DNA of 62,972 nt, filler included, from Octopus bimaculoides (lineage: Eukaryota): NCBI RefSeq assembly GCF_001194135.2. It is 7 parts of 7 records of this genome, joined end to end, with 100 filler letters (N's around TTAATTAATTAA, not from the genome) between each part and the next. Parts side by side here need not be neighbours in the genome. Positions count along the whole stretch, not along the records: positions 1 to 21,822 come from NC_068995.1; 6 more parts are not named here. The stretch is one strand, 5' to 3'. Shown piece after piece: positions 1 to 13,451 of this stretch (position 1 is the stretch's first letter; every line of letters starts with the position of its first letter). A program made the translations under genes and the position numbers. The notes beneath the pieces are model-generated. The model was not told the origin of the DNA. It ran no database searches and saw nothing but the letters and a program-made list of their open reading frames with translations.

Positions 1-47
<47 letters not shown>

Positions 48-361
48 ATATATATATATATATTTGCGTTGGATTCGCAGAGCGCTGAAGTCACGTGGCA
101 ACAGCCCAGTGTGCTCAGTTTTAAGACAGCACTAAACCGTGTTTCCTTCCTATTCCTGCAGTACCTTTATCACCTAAGTTTAAGATGGTAGTCCTGACCT
201 TCTTCTAACATAGGATTTGCTTCTCATACACAAAGCTAAGGAGCTTCTAGTGTAACACTCTTATAGATACAGGACCCAACGAGAACTCCATTGAACCCTA
301 TACATCAGTTTAAATTCGAACCCCTATTGTTGCAAAGGGTCCTAAAAGAACTCAATACTCG

Positions 362-600
362 TCTCAAGTTTTGGCACAAGGCTAGCAGTTTCGGGAAAAG
401 GTGCGTGGGCGGTGTGGAGATGGGGTAAATCGATTACATCGATCGCCAGTGTTAAACTGCTATTTATTTCATCGACACCGAAATGAGAAAAAGCTAAGTC
501 GACCTCGGCAGAATTTGAACTCAGAACGCAAAGACGGACGAAATGCCGCTAAACCTTTTTGTCCGACGGCGTGCTAACGTTTCTGCCAACTCGTCGCCTT
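362..600 (-). mobile_element. SINE family B
   Basis: gtcgacctcggcagaatttgaactcagaacg...gtgctaacgtttctgccaactcgtcgcc. Confidence 0.85.
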
Positions 601-1039
601 AAAAAGAATCCACCACTGAACAAAATGATTGATTTTTTTTTTTAGACAAAAGCCGTAAAAGCTGTTTCGTTAAGAATTTCTGCGAGACCAAAGATTAATG
701 TCTTTTGTCGTCACAAATCTGTCAGCAGCGACAGGTTTGTACTTCTGTACTGGATTCACCCCGGCATTTAAATAGGTTGATGTACTTACATCAGTTAATC
801 ACTCGATCTGCTAGAAAAAGCAGCGAAATCTCCGTCAAATTTTAAGCCGATTTTTTTTTTACAAAAATATTTTCCGAATGAAATGGGACAACAGAGGATA
901 GACTTAAATAAACAGTGGTGGGGGAATTTATGAAGGGATGGCCATAGGTGGAACGTCGTTGCTGATAGATTTGTCTGAACTGTGTGGAACTGAGGCTGCA
1001 CAACTACAACAACATCAACAACAAACGCTCTCTTCTACC

Positions 1040-1290
1040 TTTTATCTGTTACCTGTTTCAATTATCGGACTACGGCCATGCTGGGGCAACACCTTGAGGA
1101 ATTTTTAGTCGTATGAATCGAACCCAGCACTTACTTGTTTTGTTTTTATTAAAAAAAATTTTTTTAAAGTCTGGTACTTATTCTATCGGTCACTATTTAC
1201 AGAACTAAGTTACGGGGTTGTAAACACACCAACCCCGGTTGTCAAGCGGGGGTTGGTGGGGAACAAGCGCAGATGCAAAGACACACATAG
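1040..1290 (-). mobile_element. SINE family A 3' half
   Basis: acctgtttcaattatcggactacggccatgctgg...ggttgtcaagc matches the family A tail. Confidence 0.8.
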
Positions 1291-1617
1291 ATATCCATAT
1301 GCATACGATAGAGCGACGGATATAATTAGAGAACAGACTCGTATAGATTATCGATCAACGGTGGTGGTTATATATGGAGGTAGTGAAGTACAGAGCGAAA
1401 CGATATCAGCATCACCATAGAGTACAACTAATTGGTATGGGGTATGTAGGGTACAGTTTAGTATAACATTCATTAGTATTACTAAAGTACTGCCTACAGT
1501 AGTGTGGTACAGGTATACCATCGGTTTGGTTCCGGAGGCTTTTCCGAACCTAGAATTGTCATTTTGGTCAACAAACTCTAAAATTAAACACATTGATTGA
1601 ATTTAATCGAATATATA

Positions 1618-2163
1618 GGCGCAGGTGTGGGTGTATGTGATATGAAGTTTGCTTCCCAACCACATTGTTCTGGGTTCAGTCCCACTGCGTGGCACCTTGG
1701 GCAAGTGTTTTTTACTATAGCCTCGAGACGGCTAATACCTCAGAATACGCTTCAACACACGAACTTAGATAAAGAATCTTGCAAACCAAATCCCAAAACG
1801 AAATATAAAAATATATGCGACAAGCTTTTTCAGTTTCCGTTTCCGAAATCCACACACATATATATACATACATACCCACATACATACATACATACATACA
1901 TACATACATACATGTGTTTGTGTTTGTGTGTGTGTGTGTGTGTGTGTTTGTCCACCACCACCACCACCACTTGACCACCGGTGCTGGTGTGATTACGTTT
2001 CCATAACTTAGCGGTTCGGTTAAAAAAAACCGATACAATAAGTACCAAGCTGAAAAGAAATAAAAAGGTACAAGGCTCAATTCATTCGACTCAAAAATTC
2101 TTCAAATCAGTGCTCCAGCATGGCCGCAGTCTAATGACTGAAACAAGTAAAAGAATAAAAGAA
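1618..2163 (+). mobile_element. SINE family A, rearranged internally
   Basis: Head 1618-1730 and 3' half 1930-2163 match the 33430 copy; the middle is replaced by foreign and inverted sequence. Confidence 0.85.
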
Positions 2164-2175
2164 ACAAAGAACATA

Positions 2176-2489
2176 CAGGTGTAACATCATTTTCCCGGAA
2201 CCTTTTCCGGATTAGTGATTTTGCTTTTCCGAACCAGGGATGGTCATCGAGACCAACACGCAATGAATTAAATTTACTTAATTAAATAAAACAGGTGAAC
2301 ACTAGTATAAATGATTAAATGATACGCGTTTAAAAGTAATGTACTAAGCAAGTACCCAGGTACTCGTCTGTGCAAGGTACATATGAACTAGTCTGGTGAC
2401 CGCGGGAATTTGAAGTTCCGGATCATAAATTGGAACGGATTACGAGAAGCGTCGGACTATAAGTGTCCAGAAAGTTCGTGTTGTACCTG
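2176..2489. mobile_element. Possible pogo/Tigger-like non-autonomous element
   Basis: Starts ta|CAGGTGTAAC and ends GTTGTACCTG|tg; a related end-like fragment lies near 1515-1550. Confidence 0.4.
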
Positions 2490-2765
2490 TGTTATTCTAC
2501 TGGTTTATCAACACAACACGATACTGTTTGGTATATTCAACAACACAACATACGGTGTTTAAATTATCACATAGTGAGATGGGCACACACACACACACAC
2601 ATAGAGAAAGAGAGAGAGACATGCTCACATATACACACATATACGCTGGCCTAAACACACACACACACATATACACACAGTTCTAGGAAAGATACAGGTC
2701 GCTACTAAAAGCCATTTGTTGTTCCATACGCTGACAACCTAATTGACACTACTACTACTATTACC

Positions 2766-2811
<46 letters not shown>

Positions 2812-2821
2812 AAACATATTG

Positions 2822-3017
2822 AGGTAGCCACTCTGTAGTCGGTCAATCTGCTAGAAAGAACAGCCAAATCTCCCTTATCGTGTCCTACGGTCTCGCATTG
2901 GCCAGGGCAGTCTTGGATTCTCTATGCGTAGGAGAACTAAACGGGATGGTCACAGGTGGGCTATCTTTGATCATAGGACTGTCTGCTCCATTAACGTTGC
3001 CCTAGGGCTAAACAAGA
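2822..3017 (+). mobile_element. Third interspersed SINE-like family C (other copies at about 795-960, 10400-10640, 11095-11300 and 39955-40150)
   Basis: Shared core ctgctagaaa(a/t)agcagccaaatctcc...gggatggtca.gg.tgg...gggctaaaca recurs at these positions. Confidence 0.7.
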
Positions 3018-3123
3018 ATATCGTCGCCGTTATCATCATCATCATCATCATCAACATCATCTTAATATTACTACCACGTTACATCACACAACTGCCACCA
3101 CTAGCCACCACCACCACCACCAT

Positions 3124-3155
<32 letters not shown>

Positions 3156-3239
3156 CCATATCAACCACAGTAATAACTGTAAAAACGGTAACAGCAATAA
3201 CAACTGAGTAATAACAACAACAAAAATGACAACACTACT

Positions 3240-3288
<49 letters not shown>

Positions 3289-3391
3289 AGGGACAATACA
3301 ACAAAAGGGACAGGTGGGGTTTGGCACAAAATCGTGTAGAAAATAGATAATAAAAATTAACAAGGGCCACGAGGGCCGCACACAAAAACAA

Positions 3392-3434
<43 letters not shown>

Positions 3435-5505
3435 TGATGATGATGGTTTCAAATTTTGGCTCAAGGCCAGCAATTACGGAAAGGCTCTAAGTTGATTGCA
3501 TGGCACCAGTATTTAACTGGTATTTAATTTTATTGACCACCTCGTAAAAGAGGAAAGGCGAAATCGAATCTAATAACAACAAAAACAAAACCGAACAATA
3601 AAAATATAAATAAAACCAACGAAATTTCCGAGAAAAAGATAACANNNNNNNNNNNNNNNNNNNNNNNNNNNNNNNNNNNNNNNNNNNNNNNNNNNNNNNN
3701 NNNNNNNNNNNNNNNNNNNNNNNNNNNNNNNNNNNNNNNNNNNNNNNNNNNNNNNNNNNNNNNNNNNNNNNNNNNNNNNNNNNNNNNNNNNNNNNNNNNN
3801 NNNNNNNNNNNNNNNNNNNNNNNNNNNNNNNNNNNNNNNNNNNNNNNNNNNNNNNNNNNNNNNNNNNNNNNNNNNNNNNNNNNNNNNNNNNNNNNNNNNN
3901 NNNNNNNNNNNNNNNNNNNNNNNNNNNNNNNNNNNNNNNNNNNNNNNNNNNNNNNNNNNNNNNNNNNNNNNNNNNNNNNNNNNNNNNNNNNNNNNNNNNN
4001 NNNNNNNNNNNNNNNNNNNNNNNNNNNNNNNNNNNNNNNNNNNNNNNNNNNNNNNNNNNNNNNNNNNNNNNNNNNNNNNNNNNNNNNNNNNNNNNNNNNN
4101 NNNNNNNNNNNNNNNNNNNNNNNNNNNNNNNNNNNNNNNNNNNNNNNNNNNNNNNNNNNNNNNNNNNNNNNNNNNNNNNNNNNNNNNNNNNNNNNNNNNN
4201 NNNNNNNNNNNNNNNNNNNNNNNNNNNNNNNNNNNNNNNNNNNNNNNNNNNNNNNNNNNNGCGTGTGTATTCTCAGCAAATAATTACCCTTTCATAATGC
4301 ACACCTCTCACTACACCTAAATTCCCCCCGTTTTGTTCCCCCTCCTCCCCCACTGTTCTTTATCTGCTTCCTCTTCCTCGTCCCCGTCTATCTCTCTATT
4401 TATATATCTCCACCCTCTGTCACACTCACACTCTCTCTTTCTCCAACCATTCGAGAAGGGGACAAATATTTTATCCAACTAGGCCCAGCACTGACAAAAA
4501 AAAAAAAACAAACAAAAACCAGAGAAAAAAGCTTGCGTTCGTTTATTCGGTCGGATATCTTATATAATAATAATAATATCGGAATAAGAATAATAACGGA
4601 ATCGATAATAACGGAATAAATAGAATAATAGTCCTTCTACCGTGTGATGTTGAAAGCTGACAATATGTCTGTTTACATTTGCCTCACCACGTGCCTGTAT
4701 TGTCAACAGGATCGTTAAGACTCTATACCTAACCGTCTGTCTACATACCTCTCTCTCCATTTATCTATCTACTTATCTAACCTACCATTTAACAAGCCAC
4801 TACACCAACATACAGCAGACACACGATATATACACATTCCTATACATCGTGTATATATATAGACAATTATACAAACTTTCATCAACCCTGTCTTTGTTCT
4901 TATTCCCCATAATACAAATATATATATATATATATATACACATACGTGTGTATATATTATATATACATCAATTAGCTAGAGATCTACCAGTTGACTATAT
5001 ATATATATATATATATATATNNNNNNNNNNNNNNNNNNNNNNNNNNNNNNNNNNNNNNNNNNNNNNNNNNNNNNNNNNNNNNNNNNNNNNNNNNNNNNNN
5101 NNNNNNNNNNNNNNNNNNNNNNNNNNNNNNNNNNNNNNNNNNNNNNNNNNNNNNNNNNNNNNNNNNNNNNNNNNNNNNNNNNNNNNNNNNNNNNNNNNNN
5201 NNNNNNNNNNNNNNNNNNNNNNNNNNNNNNNNNNNNNNNNNNNNNNNNNNNNNNNTATTGCATCCAGGCGACCTATTGTTGTTGTTGCTGTTGTTGTTTC
5301 TGTTACTGCCCCAATTTTTTTTTATCGCTGTCTGTATGTGTGTGTGTGTCTAAATCTTTTTCGCATGGCAGGCAAATAGAAGTACATCTATAAGACATCG
5401 TTTATACATATTGTACACACCCACGTGTTTTTCGTTTGTTTACGTGCGCTCATATGCGTACATATATGTATACATACACAAACACACAAACATACACACA
5501 CACAC

Positions 5506-5556
<51 letters not shown>

Positions 5557-5825
5557 CATACATACGCGCACGCTCCTTCTCGTCCAATACACTGACAGTT
5601 GATGTTTCGAAGCAGCTGTTGTCTATTGAAATGAATATAGTAAATATTTCCTGCATGCCAACGGTGAGATAAAATGCGATGTCAACGTAAGCTGGCGGGA
5701 TTTGAACTCGTTTATTAATCGACAAAATTAATTACTACTCAGCTGGTTACCATCTGTGCAACCCTTACAGGCCCGAAAATAATATCCTAATAAACAGTCT
5801 CAAGATTTTAGTAATAATAATAATA

Positions 5826-5979
5826 ATGGTTTCATATTTTGGTACAAGGCCTGTAATTTTAGGAAGTAAGAGGTTAGTCGATTACCTCGGCTCCACTACT
5901 TGACAGGTACTTTATTTTATCGACCCTGGAGCGATGTAAGGCAAAGTTGACCCTGGCGGAATTTGAACTCAGAACGTAA
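5826..5979 (-). mobile_element. SINE family B 3' part (shorter fragments also at about 3442-3570, 11920-12000 and 45370-45439)
   Basis: ggtactttattttatcgaccc...ggcaaagttgaccctggcggaatttgaactcagaacg. Confidence 0.8.
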
Positions 5980-8406
5980 TATGAAACGACGCTTATTTTA
6001 TTAACCAGTGGGGCAACAAATTGGGGATATTGAAAGGGCGAAATACTGAGAGTGTTAGCGTGGAATGGATTAATAGGGACAAGGAAAAGGGGACTTAAAT
6101 AGCATTGGAGAAATAAACACAGAACAATAAATAAATAACAATAAAGAAAACATACAAAACAATAACGAAAAAAGTGCAAGAAAGGGTCACTAAAGAGTAA
6201 TATGGAGTCCCAACACCTTACACCCACGTGCGTGCACAAAAGACAAGGATTGCCCTGACACAGCAAAACTCTAATGCTCCCGTATAAGTTCTGGGATCCT
6301 GTCTCTATTGGGGTATTCTGAGTGAAGGGCAATTTAGGCGCGCCAAACACGCCCCGCTGACTGACCATCTGAGCACGGATCAGCGAAAGGGCCTCAACGT
6401 AAGAGAAATAACTTACAAGAAATAACAGCTAAAGTTACTATAAATAGCAAGTTTAGGGAAAAGGAGCCTTCGGTGGAAACATTTGTGTATGTATGTATGT
6501 ATGTATGTATGTATCTGTGTGTGTATTTGTATGTATATATATCTGTGTATGTATCTGTCTGTCTATTTAGATAGATAGGTTAATACATACATACACACAC
6601 ATATCAATATATACATAATTAAGTATAAGAATGTGCTTGTGTATTTACAAACACACACATGTATGTATGTATATNNNNNNNNNNNNNNNNNNNNNNNNNN
6701 NNNNNNNNNNNNNNNNNNNNNNNNNNNNNNNNNNNNNNNNNNNNNNNNNNNNNNNNNNNNNNNNNNNNNNNNNNNNNNNNNNNNNNNNNNNNNNNNNNNN
6801 NNNNNNNNNNNNNNNNNNNNNNNNNNNNNNNNNNNNNNNNNNNNNNNNNNNNNNNNNNNNNNNNNNNNNNNNNNNNNNNNNNNNNNNNNNNNNNNNNNNN
6901 NNNNNNNNNNNNNNNNNNNNNNNNNNNNNNNNNNNNNNNNNNNNNNNNNNNNNNNNNNNNNNNNNNNNNNNNNNNNNNNNNNNNNNNNNNNNNNNNNNNN
7001 NNNNNNNNNNNNNNNNNNNNNNNNNNNNNNNNNNNNNNNNNNNNNNNNNNNNNNNNNNNNNNNNNNNNNNNNNNNNNNNNNNNNNNNNNNNNNNNATATA
7101 TATATATATATATATATATAGATAGATAGATAGATATAGATATAGATATAGATCTGCGTGCAGAAACGTGCATGCCTGCAGGCAGTCAGGCAGGCGCACG
7201 TCTCTCCAGACTGTTTGACACATAAACAAACACTTAAGATAAGTGGATGGTGTTTTGGAGCGAGGTGGGGGGGGGAATGTCAGTGTGACCGAATGGCAAA
7301 GAATGAGGAGTGGGGGACAAAGCTATACACACACACACACACACACACATATGTATATGAGCACGCACATATGTTTATATGTTTGTGTGTGTGTATATAT
7401 ATATTTATATATATATATATATATACAGAGAGAGAGAGCTTATGCATTTTTATGTGCTTACATATAGATACACATGCATACAAACATATACATACATACA
7501 TACACACGCATAAACACATACATGCATACACACATACATAATACACACCTACATACATACATAAACACATACATACATACACACACACACATATACCCCC
7601 ATACATCCGTTCATACACACCCACAGTCTAACAAAGACAATGCGAGTGTTCTATAAATACCTCCGCCCCTCCGCCACCGCCACCGCTTACATCCGCTGTT
7701 TTGTTCCCTTTGTTATTGTTTTAACTACAGGTCAGTCTCATGCGACAAAAACCTTTGAACGAAGTCAACGCAATTATGACCACCCCGTCTTTATCATCTG
7801 TATATCAGCGACAACATTATTTAGAGAATCCCCCGAGAAAAAAACGATAGGGAGTGAGTCGAGGTAGACCTAGCAGCTATTTCTGGCACGCTGCGAGACC
7901 GACGTGGGCGATCCATCGTTCGCTCTTGTGTCGTTGTTGTTGTTGTTGTTGTTGTTGTCTGAGATGATAACCGTCCATCCCTCTATCCTTTCACCTCTGC
8001 CCTCTGTCCCTAACCGTTGCACCCATCCCCAACTGAGAAAGAGAGAGCTTTGTCCTGACCAGGGGTACTCAGCCATTTTTTTGCCTATGGATCCCTTTGG
8101 TACCAGTTTTGCTCTAATGGGCCCCCAAGGGCCGTATAGACCTTGTTGAGAACCACTGCCCTGCTCCCTACACGAGACCCGTCTTAACAGTATTATAGTT
8201 GCCCCCGACCGAAGTAAAGCACTGGGGTCCCTACACAGAGAACAACCACTGTACATACATTGGTTCCATAGCTCTGGATTCATAGCATTGGGTCGTAGAC
8301 CCGTTGAAGCCTCCGGACAACTGGCCAATATGTTCAGCCTTTGAGATAGGCATGGCTGGCTCTTGACCACACAGTTAACTGTCGTGTGTTTAGTTGTGTA
8401 GCCTAC

Positions 8407-8460
<54 letters not shown>

Positions 8461-10641
8461 CAAGGCCATGCAGTGGGGGCGGTTGTGGGAACATGTTATG
8501 TGATGGTGTAATGCGGTCGTCAGGCTATGTAACCCTGCTCCACAGCACCACCGTAGTGCAGTGGTGTTGTGAGGTCGCGGAGGGTGTAGTGCGGTAATAA
8601 GGTCTTGATCCTTTCATCATAATTATTCTCATTGAAGGCCGCTATGGCGCTAACCATCAACAATCATCCATTAAAACAGTTGTCTTTGAGTAGAGCTGTC
8701 AAAAAGATGTATTTTATAGGTCACGGGTAAGGGGATTGTGAGCGACAAGATGTTAGCGCGCGGACCTTAAGAGTGTTGTAAGATTTCTCTCACTTAGTTC
8801 ATGTTGATGTTGGTGTTGTTTAACCAAGGTCATGTGAAGGTCACCCCATCCGTGCCATTCCGTCTCGCCACCATGGCCACACAGTATCGCGAACCTCATC
8901 AGTCCATGCGTGCTTCTTTTCTGAACCTCTAACGCAGAATATCAGCTAGATTTGATTGTCTCTTTAGTCTGGGAAGAAAGGGCCGTGTGCATGACCCCGT
9001 TATCGTTTCCAGGGCCTCCCAGTCTGTTGGAAGACAGTATGAGGTTCTCCTCAAACTGAAAACGTGGCTCTAATGCTTGCAACAAACTTGGATCCACTAA
9101 AGGCATTCGAGGCCCAAGTAGTGGGGTTTCTGATATCTTCTCAGAACCCCTATCGTGAGATTTCTGTGTAATCCCCAGATCAATTCTGATCGGGAAGACC
9201 AATGAAGCACACGTGATCGACCAAGCGCAATTCATGTACCTGTTGTCCTAGATACACCATGCCACAATCTGGTTCATTACCTTAGATTACACCCCGACAA
9301 AAGTTGGTTAACAAATAATATGTTGTACAGCGTGGCAGACTGGGTACTCGTTTCTACTCTGTTGTACTCTCTTCACTGTCTGATCTAAGTCCAACCATAC
9401 TGGACATTCAGGCGTTTGTTCTGCGGCTAGTATGGTGTTTTGTGTTGTTTCTGGTACATTGCGGTCTGTTGTTGGGAGATGAGAAACTTGCCTAACCCGT
9501 ATCACCGAATGGAAAACAAACGAAAAACAAAAACCTACGTAAAGTGATGATGATGATGATGATGATGATGCATGTGTGTGTATGTATGTCATATATATGT
9601 ATGTATGTAATGTATGTAGGTAGATGTGTAGGTAGGTATGTATGTATAAATGTTTGTATGTGCATACATTTATATTCCTATATGTACAAATATATATATA
9701 CATACATACATGCAAGCACGCATACATACATACATACATACATACGTGTGTACATCCATACATATATGTACTATGTATATATAAAGAGATGTAACATGTA
9801 TAGAAATAATACATACATTACGCATATAATAGCATACTTAAATATATACACTTTATTGGCGTATATACGTGCGCGCGCGTCTCTACGTATGTAGTTCACG
9901 CTGGAACATATTCACATCTTCATATATATACACATACACACATATACACGCAGTTATAGGAAAGCTAGGTCATGCACGTGCATATATATTTGTATACACG
10001 TGCGCACGTTTACATAATGTATACAGAGTGTGTAGGTGTGAATGTGTATCTGTATGTGTGCGTGTGCGTGCACATATTTGCGTGTAAGTGCGCATTTGTG
10101 GGCATGAGTGTGTATGTATGCATGTATGCATGTTTACATATGTATGTTTGCATGTATGTATGTATGTATGTATGTATGTATGTATGTATGTGCGTACGCA
10201 TACATGTATGAAAGTAGTTGTATGTAGTTGTATGTTTGTGTATGTGTGTGTATGTACATGTTATTGTGTTTGTGAATGTCTGTGTATTGTGTGCATGTGT
10301 ATGTGTAGGTGTACCTGTACATGTGTGTTTGTGTATGTCCTTGTGTATGTATGTGTATATGTATGTGACATAACCGTCACATCTCCGATAACATCCGAGG
10401 CATCCTCTGAATGGTTGCTGGTCCTGCCAGAAATAGCAGCTAAGTCTCCTTTAAATCTGAATAAAAAGAAGGTCATATTTGATGATAGCGTTGTTCTAGA
10501 TCCAATTACAGATTGATTGTGTTTGATATAACACGTCCGGGTGGCTAGGTGGGGGAGGACAAACAGCGTGGTGGTCACGGCTGTATGTAGGTCGGCTCCA
10601 GCAGAACTAACCGGGGGCTAAAATAGAGCAACAACGATATT

Positions 10642-10673
<32 letters not shown>

Positions 10674-11303
10674 CAACAATAACAACAGCAGCAACAACTG
10701 CAAACACCACCACCACCACCACAGCAACAACAACGTCGACGACGCAGTTAATAACAACATCTTCATCGGCAGCAATACCAACATCGACAGCAATAAGACG
10801 AAGACAGCAGCAGCAACAAGAACGACATCTGCCGATGATGGCGGCGACGCCGTAAACAAAACAAGGACATCTTTCAGTTTGTCCTTGTGTTATAAACACC
10901 GTATGGTGTCATTCGAGAGAGATCCGAGTGTCATTTCTAGCAGCTCGTGTTTAAATTATTTCTCACATGACTGTCGGTAGGTTTATAACACTAACGACTT
11001 TCCTGCTCTGGCTAAGTCCACCTTGGTTGCTTTCTCTGTGATCAACACCACGACCTTGGTGTGTGTGTGTGTGTGTGTAGGGGGGGTTTCCATGTTACCG
11101 ATCAACCAGCTGCTAGAAAAAGCAACGGAAACCTTTCCTCAACTCGCATGCTATCGTTTTAATACACGAAGGACACGTTCGATAATGTAGTTGGAGAGAT
11201 GTTTGAATGAAAGGCGAGATGGTCATGGCTGGAAAAGATGACATTTCATTAGAGGTCTGCTTGTGTCGAGGTTGATCTAAAGTCAGATGACAACAACAGG
11301 TAC

Positions 11304-11355
<52 letters not shown>

Positions 11356-11384
11356 GGCGGTGGCTGAGACAGACCGTCACCAAC

Positions 11385-11600
11385 GTCACTTGTCCATAAT
11401 GTCACTTGTCCATAATGTCACCCACATTACACGTCCATACTGCCACCACTCGTATGAATCCATCTCGTCATTCTGCACTATACATGTGACGAAAACTGTC
11501 CATATTGTCATTCTACACTATGTAAGACACACCATATGTCTACACTGTCACCCGTACAACGTGTCTATACTGTCATCCTACACTGTGTATAAGACACGCC
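11385..11600. repeat. Degenerate tandem repeat (gtcacttgtccataat and gtccatactgtcattctacact variants)
   Basis: A 16-bp unit occurs twice, followed by several diverged longer units. Confidence 0.6.
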
Positions 11601-12180
11601 GTATGCCGAACAGACAGACAGGCAGAAAGAAAGAAGGAAAGAAAGAAAGAAAGAAAGTGAATCTTGAGGTCATTGCTACATGAACTCAAGAGTACATGAA
11701 GCTGGGTTTAGCGAGTCTGGTAGTCGATCACCTTTAAGAGTTTATTCAGCATTAACAAATTTTGCCATGTCAAGCTATACGATGGGTCCTTGGACATTTT
11801 AAACTTGGAACAGCTGCTATTCTCTCCAGATCTGACCCACCACTCCAGAAGAGAAAAAAATCAGAGAGACAGAAATATAACGATTGAGAGAAAGAGGATC
11901 GAGCTTTGTACAGAAGGGGTACTTTATTTATCGATCCTAAAAAGATAAAAAGCAAATTTGACGACGGTAGAATTTGAACTCGGAGCACGGAAAGCTGGAA
12001 CGATTACGGGGAAAGAATCTAACCTACGCTCTAACCTCTCAGCCATTGGTCACTCTAACAAATTATATTAAGCCGCATTTATGGATGAGCAGTCCCAGGC
12101 TGATCGATGCCTTCGGAGTGAATTTGGTTGGCGGAAACTGCGTGAAAGTTCGTTGTATGCATATATATATTTTTTATATT

Positions 12181-12335
12181 CTTTTATTCATTTACTTGTT
12201 TCAGTCATTCAACTTCGGCCATGCTGGTGCACCGCCATGAAGAGATTTTAGTCGAACGAATCGAACCTAGTGCTATTTCCTATTTTTTAAAGCCTGGTAC
12301 TTATTCTATCAGTATCTTTTGCCGAAGCGCTAGCT
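12181..12335 (-). mobile_element. SINE family A 3' part
   Basis: tttacttgtttcagtcattcaacttcggccatgctggtgcaccgcc. Confidence 0.8.
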
Positions 12336-12377
12336 TATATATATGCATGTGTATGTATATATGTGTGTTTGTGTGTG

Positions 12378-12602
12378 TGTGTATGTATTTGTCCCCTTCT
12401 GCCATTTGACAACCACTATTGGTTGGTTGGTTACCTCGCCGTAACATAGCGGTTCGGAAATAGCGACCAATAAAATAAGTATTTGACATAAAAAGAAAAA
12501 TAAATACATAGATTGATTTGTTCGACTAAAACACTTCCAAGTCACTGCCCCAGCATGGCCGCAGTCCAATGGCTGAAGCAATTACAAGATAACAAAAGAT
12601 AA
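12378..12602 (+). mobile_element. SINE family A 3' half
   Basis: ttgacaacc...gcggttcgg...ttgttcgactaaa...cagcatggccgcagtc. Confidence 0.8.
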
Positions 12603-13420
12603 ACCACTGAACTGGAACTCCATATGTCGACATAAGGTGAATCTGGAGCTTTGCGTCTGGAGACGGTATCTAGCAAGTTCGAGCGACAATGTGTCTAATA
12701 TAGGTGGTTCGTAATTGCTGTGGGTGTTGATTAACCCGCTACTTGCAAGAGTATGGCAGGCGGCCCTGAGAAGGGTATGTGAGAAACTGGAAAGGAGCCT
12801 GACAAACGGAAGAAAATCGATTTGATTTAAAACTTTCTTCTGAAAAGTGTTCAACGTCATGGCAGAGGGAATTATTTTTAATGTGAACTTGTCGTTAATA
12901 AAAGAGGGTGGGGCGTAGAAAATATTGCTAGATATTGGGAGGGGGTGGAGGGATGGGTCAGTTTGGTAACCATGGTTTAGCCCCGGATCACTGTTTTTAA
13001 CTATTAAATGGTGGTGACCGTTTATAGTGGCGGGGCAAGTAGATGGTAGTTGTACTGGTGGTGGTGCAGATAATAATGCTGGTACTTTTAGTAGCTATTG
13101 AGGTCGCCATCACAGTGGAGATGGTGGTAGTTGGGGTGGTGATGATGGTGGTGGTAGCGCTGATGATGCTGATGACGGTGGCGTTGGCGTGATGGAGGTG
13201 GTGATAGTCGTGGTAGTGATGGTGGCGGTAATGATGGTGTGGGTAGTGTTGGTCGTGATAGAATTGGTGATGGTGATGATGATGATAATGATAATGATGA
13301 TTAGGAGGAGAATGATGATGACGATGGTGATGATGATGATAATGATGATGATGATGATAGTGGGTGGCTTATCATTTCCAAATCAATAATGCGTGTTAGA
13401 TACATCTGTGAAATACATGC

Positions 13421-13451
<31 letters not shown>

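Noticed and set aside
9281-9491. Minus-strand exon candidate with donor AAG|GTAATG
   Set aside because: All three frames contain stops before the donor, so it is not coding; there is no other support.
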